Assembly (NCBI GenBank): GCA_023334545.1
Contig: JAADVB010000033.1
Span: forward strand, 42,167-106,166
Source: Salisapilia sapeloensis CBS 127946
Lineage: Eukaryota; Protista; Oomycota
Direction of reading: 5' to 3'
DNA: 64,000 nucleotides
The position numbers were made by a program, and so were the translations under genes. The notes beneath the pieces are model-generated. The model saw nothing but the letters and a program-made list of their open reading frames with translations, was not told where the DNA came from and searched no databases. Positions within the stretch are counted from its first letter, which is position 1, and the number at the start of each line of letters is the position of its first letter. Shown piece by piece: positions 40,401 to 54,500 of this stretch.

Positions 40401-42466
40401 GCGAAACCTGCAACAGAAGTATCTGAAGATCAAACGGTAACCTTAGAGTGCTATGTCGAGCGCTTTCAACTGATGACAAGTATGGATGGCGAAAAGTGGG
40501 AAGACAGAGGTGAACTAGATGCTTGCTCTTGCACGAGTTTGGTAAATATTGACATCGAGCACGAAAAAGCATCAACGGTGGCACAATTTGTAAAGCTTAT
40601 ACTTGTGAAATGGAAAGATGCCCCGGTCGTTCAAATGGAACTCTTTGGACAGGAGCTTCAAAGAAATGATCAGGTGACCTCAAGTATTGAGCGATCTGGA
40701 AATGCTATCATCGCACATCTTTCACAAATACTGAGTGCTGGAACAGCGATTTTGACAGACGCGAAGACGACATGGGAACTCTCCAAAGTTGCTGACAAAG
40801 AAAAGCAAGCCGAGATGCGCCAACTACTGGAGCAGATAGCGTCTTTAAAAGCAATGAATGCAACGGTAGGGAATGAGGTGAAGGAGCTGCAAGACAAATA
40901 TAAATCTTTGGTAGATGAGTATCAGGATGAGTCAAGATTGCTTGCTTCGGAAAAGGAGAAGAGTGAAGGCTTGAAAAAGAAAGTTGAAAAGTTAGAGTGT
41001 GTAGAAGGAGAACTAAAGAAAACAAGTGAGCAGCAAGAGAGTAAAATTGCAGACCAACTGCGAGATTTACAGAGTCTTACGTTACAAAAATCGGAGCAAG
41101 AGAAGGTCATTGAATCGCTCAAATGTGCAAAGCAAGATTTGGAAACTTTGTGCTCTAGCCTCCGAGATCAATTGCAGGCTCAGCAAGACAACCAAACTAG
41201 TGAAAATAACACGGCTATTGGTGAACTTATGACAGTCAAAGTACAACTTGAGGATTATAAGCGAAAGCATGAAGATTCGGAACAACTGCGAAAGGAGTTG
41301 CTAGCAGTCTCAGAAGGGTTACAAGTGCAGCTTCAAGCCGCCAGAGCTTCATCTGTCGAAAAGGAACAGGCGATGGGTGAGCTTGCAAAGCAAATGGAGC
41401 AAGATGCTGCCCATGTAATTGAAAAGTTGAAAAGTGAGAAGCAGTTACTGGAAGCCAGACTTGAAAAACAGAAAGGAACTGAAAGCACGCTGATGAAAGA
41501 GAACGAAACAAACCAGGTTGATTTGGAAGCGTGCAAGGCTGAGCTTGTCAAATTGAAAGGCGTCATAAAGGCTATAGGACTCGATGAAGGTGGAAGCGAT
41601 GAATCTGTTGGAATTTCATCTGCTGATGCAGAGAAGTTTGCTTTCGAGTCCCAGACTCGAGAGCTTCGGTATCAGGCAGAGATAGAAAAGCTGGAAGCGA
41701 AATGTCGAGCTCAGGATAAAGAGTACCAAGGCTCACAGCAGAGATTAATTGAGTGCGAAAATGAAATGCAATCGTTATCTCAACGGATTCGATTGCTAGA
41801 GGAAGCAGAAGAAGAGTTGCAGCTACAGATTCAAGTCCTAACTGACGAACGAGATGCCGCACGATTGAAAGAAGAGCAGCTTTTCACTGACAATAATGAA
41901 AAGGAAGAGGAAATTGAGCGCATTCGCGACGGATATGGTAAGCAGAGCTACAGCAACCGTTGTTTATATACTGTGCCTCAAACGCTAATGCCTGTGCAGT
42001 GTGGGTGACAGACCGAATGAATGCAAAGGAAGATGAATTGACAGAACTTCAAGAGCAAGTGGAAAAGTATGAGGCACTACTTAGGTTTGCCTCTCCGAGA
42101 GCGCAAGGGGATAACCAGACAAGTAACGGCCTTAAAAATCTGTACAAGCTCGCATTCGGTAGTATACTTCAATTTAAATAACTATTACAAAGATAAAAGT
42201 TTACATAGTATCTTTTTACGAATGCAGGAAACGATGCGTTTGGTCAGGATTGTGCCACACAAGAACAAGAACTTGCAAAGTGGATAGAAGATAAGAAAAA
42301 GGAACAAGTCACACCATCAGACAAGGTTGATGGCATTCAAAAGCGGGATGCCGTACAGACCGACGATAAGTTGAAAACTGTAGAGAGTGAACAGGTACAG
42401 GAAAACCCGGCAATGGTCCGAGGTGGTGACGATTCGGATGGATACGATGATGACTTTGACGCTTGA
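37404..42466 (+). CDS. Kinesin-3-like motor with coiled coils, a split F5/8-type C domain and an IFT54/TRAF3IP1-like CH domain; 3 exons
   Basis: Motor motifs VAVRCRP, GYNGTIFAYGQTGSGKT, MNAESSRSH, LVDLAGSER, GDRLKEGANINKSL and PYRNSKLTRVLQESLGGNS. RPPIRFLHD CH motif at about 40060. 3' introns near 41939 and 42123-42227; ends DDSDGYDDDFDA*. Confidence 0.9.
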
Positions 42467-42540
42467 GAGACATATAATTAAGCAGAAATTCACAACTTGT
42501 TTCTGTTTACTATCATTGTTCTTACCACTTTCTCTTAGCT

Positions 42541-45500
42541 TTATTCCTCCCAGCCAGCTTGGTTCGCGGCAATCATATCTCCATCGCCATCAATTGAGCG
42601 GCAATTGTAAATCGCGTACAGTAACTTTTCTTTCATAATCTCAAATGAAGAATATCTCGGAAGCTCCATGGAGAAGAAGCACGTGTGCGATACCGGCAGA
42701 TACATATCCACATTTGTTTGAGATGACTTTCCAAATGACTGCAATTTAAACTTCTGTGGGAAGTCAGCCTCGATGGTTGGAAGTCGTGATCGGCCCCATG
42801 CAAACCGCAAGAATGCAGATTTTTCATCCTGTGATAATTCATCCATCACTTGCCAGAACAAAACGATGTGAGGGTCAGTCTCATTGCATCCGGAGTACTC
42901 CGTACACTTCTTTAAAAGAGCTATGTCCACCTCTGGCATTCCACAGATCTCTTGCTCCAATTCTTCACCGGTGAATAACGACATCAACTTGACTGGAACA
43001 ACCTGTGCAAAACCATTCAGAAGTGTGTGAACTTGAGTGTCATACTCCGCCAGTCGATAGCCTTCGACAAGGTCCACGTATTCACATCTCGTGTCAAATG
43101 TCACAGCTATATCGTGTCCGCCAGGCTTCAACTCAATCACCCGGTTATCAGTCGATAACGTCGTGAATGTCTCCATCACGACGTCTTCGAAAGTGTCCTC
43201 AGTGACACCGTATTGATCAATCGAACGAAGGCTGTGCATGGAATTTACCATCATCGAATCAACACCGGCCAGGTCTGTCAAACTAACGCTGTCCCCGACC
43301 AATCTCTTCCAAATAATGGGAGCTATATCAAGGGAAAGCTGGTCTTCACTCCGCATCATACAGGCCATTAACTTTCCTAAAAATTCCATTTGTAATCCAA
43401 GTAGCCAGGTCGTTGCGTTTGGATGCAAAAGCCATTTATCTCTACCGGTTCCGACATTGTGGAGAGCATTCGGAGTGCATAGCATCAATTCAAGCTGCTT
43501 GCTTTGCAGCTCCTCACAGAATTGCTCCAACGTCTCACGGAATGGTCCACCTGCATCTATTGCGTTTTCACCAATGAACTGCGCCTTGTAAATTCGATTT
43601 TTGTTTCGATGGAAGTGAGGTAACTCTGCGTCCATTGCACGGAAAGCTTGCGAGAACAGAGTCTTCCACCCAGACAAGTCAGGCTTTCCAGTAAGTCGAT
43701 GGTGCGCTGCTTTCGAACGATTAAACTGGAGCTTAATGAATCCGATGTCGCTAACCGTGTCGGTCAAAGCATCCTCCCAGAGAGCCTTCTTCACGGCGTT
43801 AAAAATGCAATACTTATGCTTTTTCACTAGCCTCTCCAAGTCATATTTCAATGTGCTTTTCGTCACGAGCGGAGATGACATGCGAATGTAGGGAAGTAAT
43901 TCCCGGATGGCATTGTTAAAGTACTGAAGCATCTTGAACCACTCTTCCAGAAATTCGTCACCATTTCTAGTCTCGTCATGCGAGGTAGTCTGTAGCTGAT
44001 CTGCTGTTAATGGCTCAGCTGTTGAAGCTCTTGTGCTTGGGTCTGTAACGACTCGAACCAAGGTCGGCCATCGCGTTAGATCACTTGCACTTGGTGCAAG
44101 CTTTCTCCATGAGGTAGACAACAGTTCATCATCCGTCATTTCCTTTGTATGTGCCATCTTATTCACATATCGGACAAGCTCACTGTGCAGCGAAGCGTCA
44201 AGAGCTCGAACTTGTTCGTTGAACTGCAGCATTTTTGAACTGAATAGCTGGCGGCCGATGGACTCCAGCGCAAAGTGCGGAATCACGTGGAATTTGTATC
44301 CCCATAAAGTTGATGCGTTATCTTTCTCTGCAAAGGTGTCGTCAATATCGACGGAATACGTTAGCGTATTCCCAAATATGATAAGTGGCTCTCTCTGGGC
44401 CATCGAAAGTGATCGTCTCATAACGTCGCAACTATTAAGGTAGTCATACCGGTACACTCCTTCGTTCTCTCCCGTTTTCCACTGCACCAGTACTCCTTTT
44501 TCGTCCTCTCCTTTCCAGCTAACCAGCTCTTTCACAACGCCTACTTGCCCTGGTCCTCCATCTTCATTTCCATATATCCAATCCAAGGACCGCACGACTT
44601 CGTCGCCAATATTAATAGAGACAGGTGAGGACGAAGACGAAGTTAAGTGATATCGTTGCGGAGATCGTTTAGAGTCTGTACTGCCACTAACATTCTCCAC
44701 GACTGTTTCCTTCGATGTATTTCTGTCTCCCGCAACTCCATCACTGAATCTCAAGCGGATATACTTGTCCAATTCTGTTTGTTCGTCAAAACGTACTTCC
44801 AAAGCGACTGCATTCGGAATATGCACATAAATTTCCTTCACTACATCTTCTTTAATCTGTACTGGATGATGACTTTCTCGAGAAACGATATTCGATCCGA
44901 GTTGGGTGTCAAAATCGAGTAACATTGCCACTGCATCCACTATCTTTCGATTAACATTCGGCAGCTCTGGTAAAAGATTCGTAGAAGCATAAGGAATCTC
45001 TTGATACGTGACTTGCGTCCTACTTGACTGAGCGGCTACTTGCACTGGTCCTCTAGCGATAAGATCGACAAGATTCGCCCAAGAAATGGCTGTGTCATTG
45101 TCCTGAATGCCACAGACATGGAAGATGTCGTGCCTGTTCCTTCGTAAAGTCAGCACTTCATTCTGAAAGTCAATCGTTATCATGAGTATGTCTCCTTGGC
45201 ACATCTTTAGAGAGGGCGATGAAACCACTTTCTCTGTTCCAGCGTACTGGACTTCTCCACTACATTTCCACCGCACTATCCATTCTTCATTTTCATTGCT
45301 TTTTACAAGAAGACCCACTTCACATGACGGTCCAAGTTCCTTTAAAACCAATTCGCATGCAAACGCTCGTGTCTTGTCAATCGCGTTAGACGTCCAAAGC
45401 TTGTCCGTAGACGCACACGCTGCATCACTTACTACCATGGATGGCAATATATTGCGTTGGATTGCATACATACAGCTATCAGTTGCCAGGACTAGACCGA

Positions 45501-48500
45501 TGTAGCAGTGAGCAAGGCTTTGTAAGTACTGAGACTTTTTCAGCTTGCCCCCCTCGTTAAACGCTAGTGCTCCAAACTGTACGGTGACACATAGACGAAT
45601 ACGTTCAATCAGCGTGGGTGGAACTCTGGCGAGCCATTCATGATGATGGGATAAAGCTGTAATGACATCCAGAGCTTGACGTCCCAGCCGCTTCGGCGCT
45701 GTTTCGATGATGGCAGCTAGTGCCGCAATCGTAGATCCAGAAAATACTTCCTTCGCGACTGCACTCTCATCCCCTTTAAACGTTGCAGCTCCCGTGCTTG
45801 AAAGTAACCATAAGCACATCTCTAGCAGACGCATCTTCTTATCAAGACTGGTAGTGTTGTCATCCTCCATAGGTAAATCATGAAAGGATGCCATCGCATG
45901 AAAGCGAACACCCCAAGGCGCTTCAGATTCATTTGGTTTTACTTGCAGTGCAAATTTGTTGGTCTGTAGGGTCAGAGGAAGACTGTTGTTCATGGCTGGA
46001 TGACTGCCATCGATTCTTATCGCTTCAGAGTACTCTTCCTCTCCAGTCGTTTCAGAGTATCCAGAGACTGGTTCAAAAACACATTCCAAGTCTGATGGAC
46101 GATTTGGCACACTTTGTTCATCGAAGACGATTTGGATGGCTTTGGCGCTCTTGAATGGAATAAGACTCTTCGAAAGTGAAGTATCTGAGCAAGGATGTGA
46201 AGTACAGTACTCATAATAAGCCACACGCTTTTCCGGTAAATGCTTTCTTCCCCGTTGTAGTGTTTGAACGGCGCGAACGATGAGCTCAACAAGTTTTTCA
46301 TCGGCTAGTCCACTTCCTGCTTCGCAACGAATGTACTCTTGTAATACATCTAGAGCGCTCTTAAACCCATGCTGCATCTTCCTCGCTCGACTTGGAGTGT
46401 ATATTTGTAGAAGTGTTCCAAACAAGTCTCTACTAGAGCCTAGTGAGTCTAAATGCACAGGAAGCGACACAGGCATCTTCGATATGAACACCTCAAATAG
46501 TTTTCGAGCTGCATGCGTTACTTGTGCACGATGAATGTCGTATAGCAAGCTTTCGAGTCGACTGCTTTGCACTTGCAAGTCTTCCCGAATAAAATTCCAG
46601 GAGCAAGGGTCGACGGATAATTGAACCCGTTGCCTGTTAGTCATTTCAAACGTACTATTCCGTCCTTCCTCCAATTCACCAATGATATTCGGTGCAACGA
46701 GAAACTCTTCAGTCATGAGATAGTTCAGTGGCGCCAACAAGACAGTGTCTCTGTGACGTTGTTTCGTCCACATTGTCAGCCTGTTGCCCGTCTCACTGTC
46801 CGTGGTTATGAACTCCAGCCAACCACTAGAATGGCTGATTGCATTAATTTGCTCACCTACTTGAAGCCTTCCGCCTTCAATATCGAGCATCTTTGGTTCC
46901 TTGTAGAATGGAGCACCACTCGCTGATATAACACAGTATGTGCATCTCGATTCCTCCATGTAACAACTACTTACTGCCGGCTTTATTTCATCTCTTGGAT
47001 CACTGTACTTGATCAAGTCGGAATGCGATATCCTAGTCTCACAAACTGTATACCCGTTGTCGAGCGAAACATTGTTATTGTTTGCTATCAATTGAGGCGC
47101 AAATTGCTCATTTAGTAGACAAGAGATGACATTCGCTTCGAGTTCAAGTCGCTTTCGTGAACGCTCAACGGCATATGTGTGTGAGTACTCCACTTGAATA
47201 TGGACTTTGAACCCATAAGAACTACTGGATGATTCTTCTGCGCGCCAGATAATTGCACATGTGCCTCCAGGAATGATTAAAGGTGGTCGACCTTTCATGC
47301 CAGGCCAATCTTGATCGCTGCCAAAGTATTTTCGCTTTCCCCATCTGTCATTACTTGAGTCAAGTTTTACGATGGAGATAAAAGTCTCTTTGGAATCGGT
47401 ACGACAAGAATCGTCAAAGGTCAGACAGAGCCGAGTAGCGTGTGGACAGATGACCCGATGACCGACACATTCAGCTGTATACGGATGTGGAGACTCTAAC
47501 TCGAAGTGCCTATGCCGTGGACACACCACCTGACCATTGTAAACGTTCTGAATAGATTGAGTGAGCGTTGGAAGTAGCGACGTGACACTTTTAAACACAC
47601 TTAAGTCTTTTTGTGTGTTAACGAGGGTCGCCAAGGTCGTTAGACATTGCGCTTGTACTTCTGCCAATGCACTTAAGTACGTAGGAGGAGCTGCTTGTGG
47701 TTGGTATACGCGCTTCATTGGTACAGCAACAATCCAGATCCCTAGGCATTCGTCTTCGTTTGCAGTCTCTGCGTTGAAGAGCATGTTAATGGAGTTGCAT
47801 GGAATACGAAGTGGTGGATTTCCGTTACAACCAGGATAGATGTCACCAAAGTACTTTTCCTCTTCCCACTTCATTGGGTATGCAGACGCGACCGGGTCCG
47901 AGTCTTTAATTCTACTGAACTGCACATAGTCTGCAGCACCACTCGTCTTGCATTTTGAATCGAAATAAATCCACACTTCTGCAACGTCAGCGTCAAAGAT
48001 CAAGTTCTTGCGCATTTGACCATTCGTGTACGGCTTACAAGTCCTTGCAGTTTGAATGCCATCCGTAGGAATAAGACAAGGCGGACCTGGCTTCCTATCC
48101 GTTTGAAATGTGGCATCAAGCTGCAGCACGTCTCGGATATTGTGACATAGATCCTTCACAAACGGCATCAAGTTTTGTAAAAATGCTGCCACTTTCTTCT
48201 CCTCTTCCCCATTGTAATGGTATATACGAGACGCCTGCATTTCCAGCACTTGAGATTGACTTCCATCCACCGAAACTCGATAAAAACGCTCACCATTCTC
48301 AATTCGAATGCTCAGGACCGTCCCAATCTCACTCCAAACTTCTTTTGACTCTTCAATGATTGCAGTCACCCTTTCACCGACAGCAAGCTTTCGTATCTCC
48401 TTTTTGCTAAGAAGTATGGACGCTGCTCTGGCGCGCTGAACACGCTCTAACTTTTGTGCAGATGGCATAGAAGACATAGTAGATAATCCTCCGAGTACCT

Positions 48501-51500
48501 CTGCTATGTACTTGTAGATGGCTTCGCTCCAAGCCGGGGTGCTTGACAGCTTTCGAATCAATAGAACGTACGCATTTGAAAGATTCAGAAGTCCTTGCCA
48601 AGACGCTTGCACCCTAAACAAGGTACCAGTGTCCTTTCCGGGTATATCTTGTGCTTGTACAGGGACTACCACATGAGCATCATGAGCATGCTCGTGTGCG
48701 CTCCCAAGCGCAGCTATTCGGGAAAAAACTTCTTCCACAAACGAGTTTCTCGTGTCTGGAAACACTTCTGTAACTGCAGCATCGGCATCAGCTGGAGATA
48801 TATAACGTCCAAGCTCAGACAAAACAATAATCCCCGCGCAGCGCGTATCAATAGCAATGGCTCCTGAAAAGCAAAGCACCAAAAGGTTCTTTAAATTTTC
48901 AACACTTGCAAGCTGCGGAATCACAGAGCTCGTACACACCGTTCGGTACATGCTCAACAAATTCAGAATCCGATCTTTTCGTAACTCAAAGATAGGACGG
49001 TCAATGCAAGGTCGAGATTCCTCAATAGCTTTGCTGATAGCATCCTCTTGTAAAGCAGCCGGAGCGAGTGTCGGGCGATGGACCCAAACACTGGCGGATC
49101 GCTCATTGCAAGCGTGCTCTGGTGGTTCACCAAAGTAAATAGGACTATTATTAATTCGTGCACGCTTGAGCTCTTTCGGCATCGATTCAAAGACAGGCTT
49201 CACCAAGAGACGATGCCCCACAGCTTGATTAATAGAGCTGTAGTGCGTATAAAGCACAAGATGATCCGTCGGAACTTCGACTATCGTTACGTCCGTATGT
49301 CGAAGCACTCGAACTTCACTTTCGGCATTTAATGTAGCCTCTTCATTGCCCTTGTAGAGTGATTCGCCCCAGTGGTCCTCACATCTAGCACTCTTGTACA
49401 ATGTAACGCCATCTTCTTCACCCCGAAAGCAGCACGTAGGGTGGAACATAATACGCAGTTTCGATGCACCAGGTATACGCACAAGAGTGTGTTGTGAAAA
49501 TTCATCCGTTGTCTCTGGATGGTCCGACTCTATAACTTGTGATTTCGTTATATCTTCATCTCCAGCGACCTGCAAAAAGCAGTCCAACTCGAATGATTCG
49601 ACCTCGGTCCCGTCGAAAACCATTTTTAAAGCCCGTTCATCCTGCACTAACGCAATATGGACCCACACGTCTGCATTCAGAGCATAATTGCTCGTAAAGG
49701 CAAATTTGCGGTTACCTCCTGCACACACTTCATAGTGCAAATGTAGTTGATTCGTAAGAGAAATTTTTACATGACTCCAAGGTGTCTGAAGTGCACTACA
49801 AGTAGCAGATTTTCCGTAGCCTTGAAAGAGGATGGATCCACCAACAGTATCATCGACAGCACAAACTTCATATACACCTTCTGCCGGATTGAATTCGTAG
49901 CATCCAGTCTCCTGATTATCCTTCCACTGCACACGTACAGTACTCGTTCCCAAAATATTTTCCACGGTCCCTTTTCTTCCTAGGAGGATATCATTGTCTG
50001 CTTCTTCCTTCCAGTCCACTCCACATACCACCGTGTCCCCGACTTGCAGTCCACGAGGTTGAGATAGTTTTGGAGCGTACACCCATAGCATGACCGAATG
50101 ATTCCATATGAGGCTTGTTTCTGCATTTGCAGGTGCGATGATGCCTGGCTCATTCGCTGGTAAATAGAACGGCTCTAGTAATGTCACAAGTCTTTTGTCG
50201 TCAATGATCGTCGGTAAACGGCTCACACATGTAGAAACATCGCTTAGCTCTCGAGCAACCGTAGTCACTAGTGCTGTTTGGAAGGATTTAATATCCTCCG
50301 TGTTCTCGTTCTCTAAGCTTGTGACATTCTTATGAACAAGAAACTTCTTAATGAGGACGTCAATTACTTCTTGAGCAGCTTTACGAACACGGTCAGGACT
50401 GTCTGACAGCAAACGCACCACGTGATCATGGAAAGATTTTAAAAGGTGCACATCCTCTGGATAGTAGTCAAGCACGGCCGATTGAAGTAGACTCAACACG
50501 AAACTGGCATTTGCTTCGTCCTTGGCTGACACTTCGGACAATGCAGTCGAGACAAATTCCATGTACGCTGCAAATGCCGTTCTCAGCTTGTTCATAGCTG
50601 ACACTGTACAACCTGATACACCAATATCGAAATGGATTCGAGCGAGAGAGGAATTACTATCTTTCATCGCTAAAGAATTCAAACTTTCAGTACAGGATCC
50701 TCCGTAAGCCACTTGTGATAGTTCCATCGCTTTTCGCAGCGACTGTATCGTTCGACATTGCAACTTTCGATCGTTAAAATGCAACAGCATTTTCGTAAAC
50801 TGAGTGACTCCCGCCGCTCGACTTTCAACTCGATGGTTTCGCGCTTCTAGTGCTGTCTCCAATCCATCCACATCCACATCACTTTGCACAAATTCAAGTA
50901 TCTGTTCTGTCACCGTCTTAGTCATGCCTTGCTTTTGTCGCTCAGAGTAGCCTTTCCTGTACTTAAACGTTTCACGTAGCTCAATCGCTCCCTGCATTTC
51001 ATCTACAAGGTTGAACCAACTGTCCATAGTTGAGCTGTTTGATGCCTCACGACCAAGCTGACGTGCTTTGCGCGCAACAAGACCCCATCGACGTTTAGCA
51101 TCCGACTCGTCGACGGACAGTGCGGGTTTCAGTTGAAGTAGAAACTGTGCTCGTCGGATAACGTTGGAGCAAAGCACATCCAAAGCTTTTTCAGTCATCC
51201 CACCAAATGCGCTCGGCTGATGCTGTTGTGTAGCAGAATGCTGTCTACTTTGTCGACCGGAGCTCATGTCTTTAGCGTCTCCAAGGTAAAACCAATCCCT
51301 CATCTTTTGTGCGTTCTTCCAAGCATAGGAGATATGTTCTGGCAGCTTTCCATCCACATCGCTAGCATACGTCATAGCTTCTGATGACCACAGGTTATGG
51401 TGTAAAATTGCGGCAGCAACTGCCCGTACGGCAGTGGTTACTTGTGCCTTGGATGAGGTAGCTGCTGTTGATACACTTGACAAAGATCGAGATATAAGGA

Positions 51501-54500
51501 GTGAAGCACGAGGTCCCAAGCCTCTTTTCAACGCCTTCAAAAATGCTCGGATGCTAGAGTCTTTCGCTGGGCTGATCATTTCTTGCAGAAACTTGTGCTC
51601 CTCATTGTCATCCTTTACATCAATAGCTTTGCCATACTGAAAGAGCTCACTTCGAAGAAGTTTGCCATAGCTTACTTCTGCTTCGACCACTGGACTGAAA
51701 AATGTTCCATCGACCAAAAGAGAGCAGGCTTCTTGCATGAGGTGCTCATAATCGCGTATTAAATGCGTCGTCCAATGCAAGCGCGTTATCTCTTGAAGTT
51801 CTGACACTTCGCTTCGTGCAGTGAACTTGTACCCCCATTCGGTATTGGTAGTATCGGAGCAAAAGTAAACGTAGCAATGGTCGCTGTTGATGACAAGCGG
51901 AGGTTTACCTCCAACACCAGGAAAGTTTTCGGCACGACCTGTATACTTCGACTCACCGTACACTTTGGTCTTATCTGCGTCTTTATAAAATGTCAAGAAG
52001 TCATATTCATGCTCAGTACATGACCGAGGATCAAATGTGATTGTCATGGACTCTACACCAGGCATTTCAAACTTCTCGCAAAGCTCCAAATTGTTGTCGT
52101 AGTCGTGCTCCGATTCTTTTGATTTGGAAACAACGACGTTTTTAACACACTTAATTTGTTGTTCACGCTCAGATACAGGTACGAAGTCCGCAAGTGAACG
52201 TAAAGTCTGTAGTTCGGACATCATACTGTTCGTACTTTCCACAAAGAAAGCACACAAATTATTATAGAAAGCTTTCTTCTTAAGCGGTGGCAATAACGCA
52301 CGTTCGTCAGTAGATTTAGAAGACGTGAAGCTATTATAAATCTCAAATAAATTTCCGACGGATGATTCGACTGCACGCAAATTCTTTTCAGCTAGCAAGA
52401 CAGAGATTAGTGCTAGAACCATTGGCAACAATCGTCCAAGCCATCCTTGTTCCAAAAGGCGAAGCAATTTCAACGGCTTCATCGACTTATTCTCCGCAAT
52501 TTGAACTGCGGTTGAGCAAACACGATGGCAAGCTTTTCTCAGCATTGTCATAACTCGTGTTAATGTATCCAAGCTGCGAAAGTAATTCAAAGGAGAGATA
52601 TCTGGTGGTAAAATAAACACCACCTGGGTTACGCTGCATAGTAATGAGAGCAGCGTCGACAGTGTGCTTGCGTACTTCTCGTCACACTCCACGAGATATT
52701 TTTCCTCCAACGCACTAGTACATTCCACTAGCTTTGCGTATAAACCTTCAACCTCCATTTTCTCGACCATTTTGCTGCTCACAACTGATGTCTGTAGCGA
52801 AATATCTTGACACAAAAGAGCAATCTCAGCAAATTTGTCCGTAGAAGTGTCTGCCCCACAGCTTTCGACTAATTGAATCAATTTCCTCATCTGTCCTTCT
52901 ACATCGGATGTAGTCAGCTGAGTCATTGCTCGACGCAAAGCATGTCTTTCAGCTAGAAGCAATGCATGCTTCATTTGAGAGTCTTCAGCCCCATGCTCGA
53001 CGTGCAAATTAAGCTTGAGTAGCATTTGATAACTCTCATCCAGCTTAGAAATAAACTTCTTTGATGTCTCTTTACTCACAGACAAGTCATTTCTCGCCAA
53101 CAGCTCTGCTGTCACACGGCATATGCCTACTAGTAAGCAGAGCCAATCTACATCTGCGGATGATGATGAGCCAGAATAAGCGCGTTGAACAGATTCGGAA
53201 ATCATTGACGCGAGGTGGTCGAAGCAAGATGAGTACAAAGTGCACACATAAGGAACTTCGGCAACTTTGCCCATGTCAGTGCTCTTGACTCGGCATACCA
53301 CGTCTAGCTCGGACGATAGCGCATGGACAGCAGCGTTCCGATAAGGCAGGCGGAGTAATTTGGAAGCGGCATGACTGAATCGGCTCGACTTGTCGATATC
53401 AGCGTTTTCTTCTTGGTAAAAATAATCCAATTCTATCGCTGTTGCTTGAACACCAAGTGCGACGTGCTTGCCACCATTTTCATAGTAACTGACGTTGTTC
53501 TTACGACCGTTTAGAACCCATACGCGGTTATTCTCAGCATCAAAGCAAACCGCTGCACTGGGTAGATTGCACTGAAACACGCACGCTTCATCCTTGGGCT
53601 TCACTTCTTGCGTGATATTTTGGACGGAACTGACGCGTCGTCCATCCAAGCAGCTATACATTTGCACTTGAAATTTAGCATGCGTGTTCTCACCTTCCGC
53701 ATCATCATGAATGGCAGGTATGAGAACAGCAAGGTTCGATCCATTTGTGTAGACTGCAGGTACGTTGAGCGTCGCAAATGCTTTCGTGGACTCCAATTCG
53801 GCATGCCAAGAGGCCATCGATGAGAAGGTAGTGAGGTCTATGTTCAGCTGAACGCGTCGTATACAAGTCAGCATACACTTCTTGTCTTGTGAGATAGTCG
53901 GGAGGTAAACGTTCATTTGGATGTAAGCACTCCCCATGCAAAGGTTGTACAGAAAGTTTCCTTCCGAAGTGATTTTACGTATCACTTTTCCATCCTTCAC
54001 TGGCGTTTTTGAGTCGACCTGAACGGACATCTCCGTGAAAGAGAGCTTTTGCTTAACAGCTAAGCTCTCTGGGTCAATGCAAAGAATACGTTGAGTACTC
54101 GTGAACCTCTCTCGACCCATACGTTCATAGGTATTTAAACTGATGTAAAGACAGTCTTCACAATACGCGATACTGGAAACAATGTCACTTGCTACCTGCT
54201 TTACAACATCGCTTTTCCACTCCTCAACTTCACAAACATCTCGATCGACCCAAGGTAGATCATCGACACTGTAAATGACATTTAAAGCAAAGCCATCTTC
54301 GCTCGAAAAAGTCGTTTCAGCATTACTGGCAACGAGCAAATCGTTTATAACATCCGAAGATACTTTAATCCCATCTGGATTTTGCTCAACAGCAAAAGCA
54401 TTCGCCCATTTGTCCACTGCACACTCGTCCAGTAACTCGAAGTGGCCGTAGTATGCAGCTTTCACTCGACTTGAACTGTCCACCTCTGAGTCATTAATGT

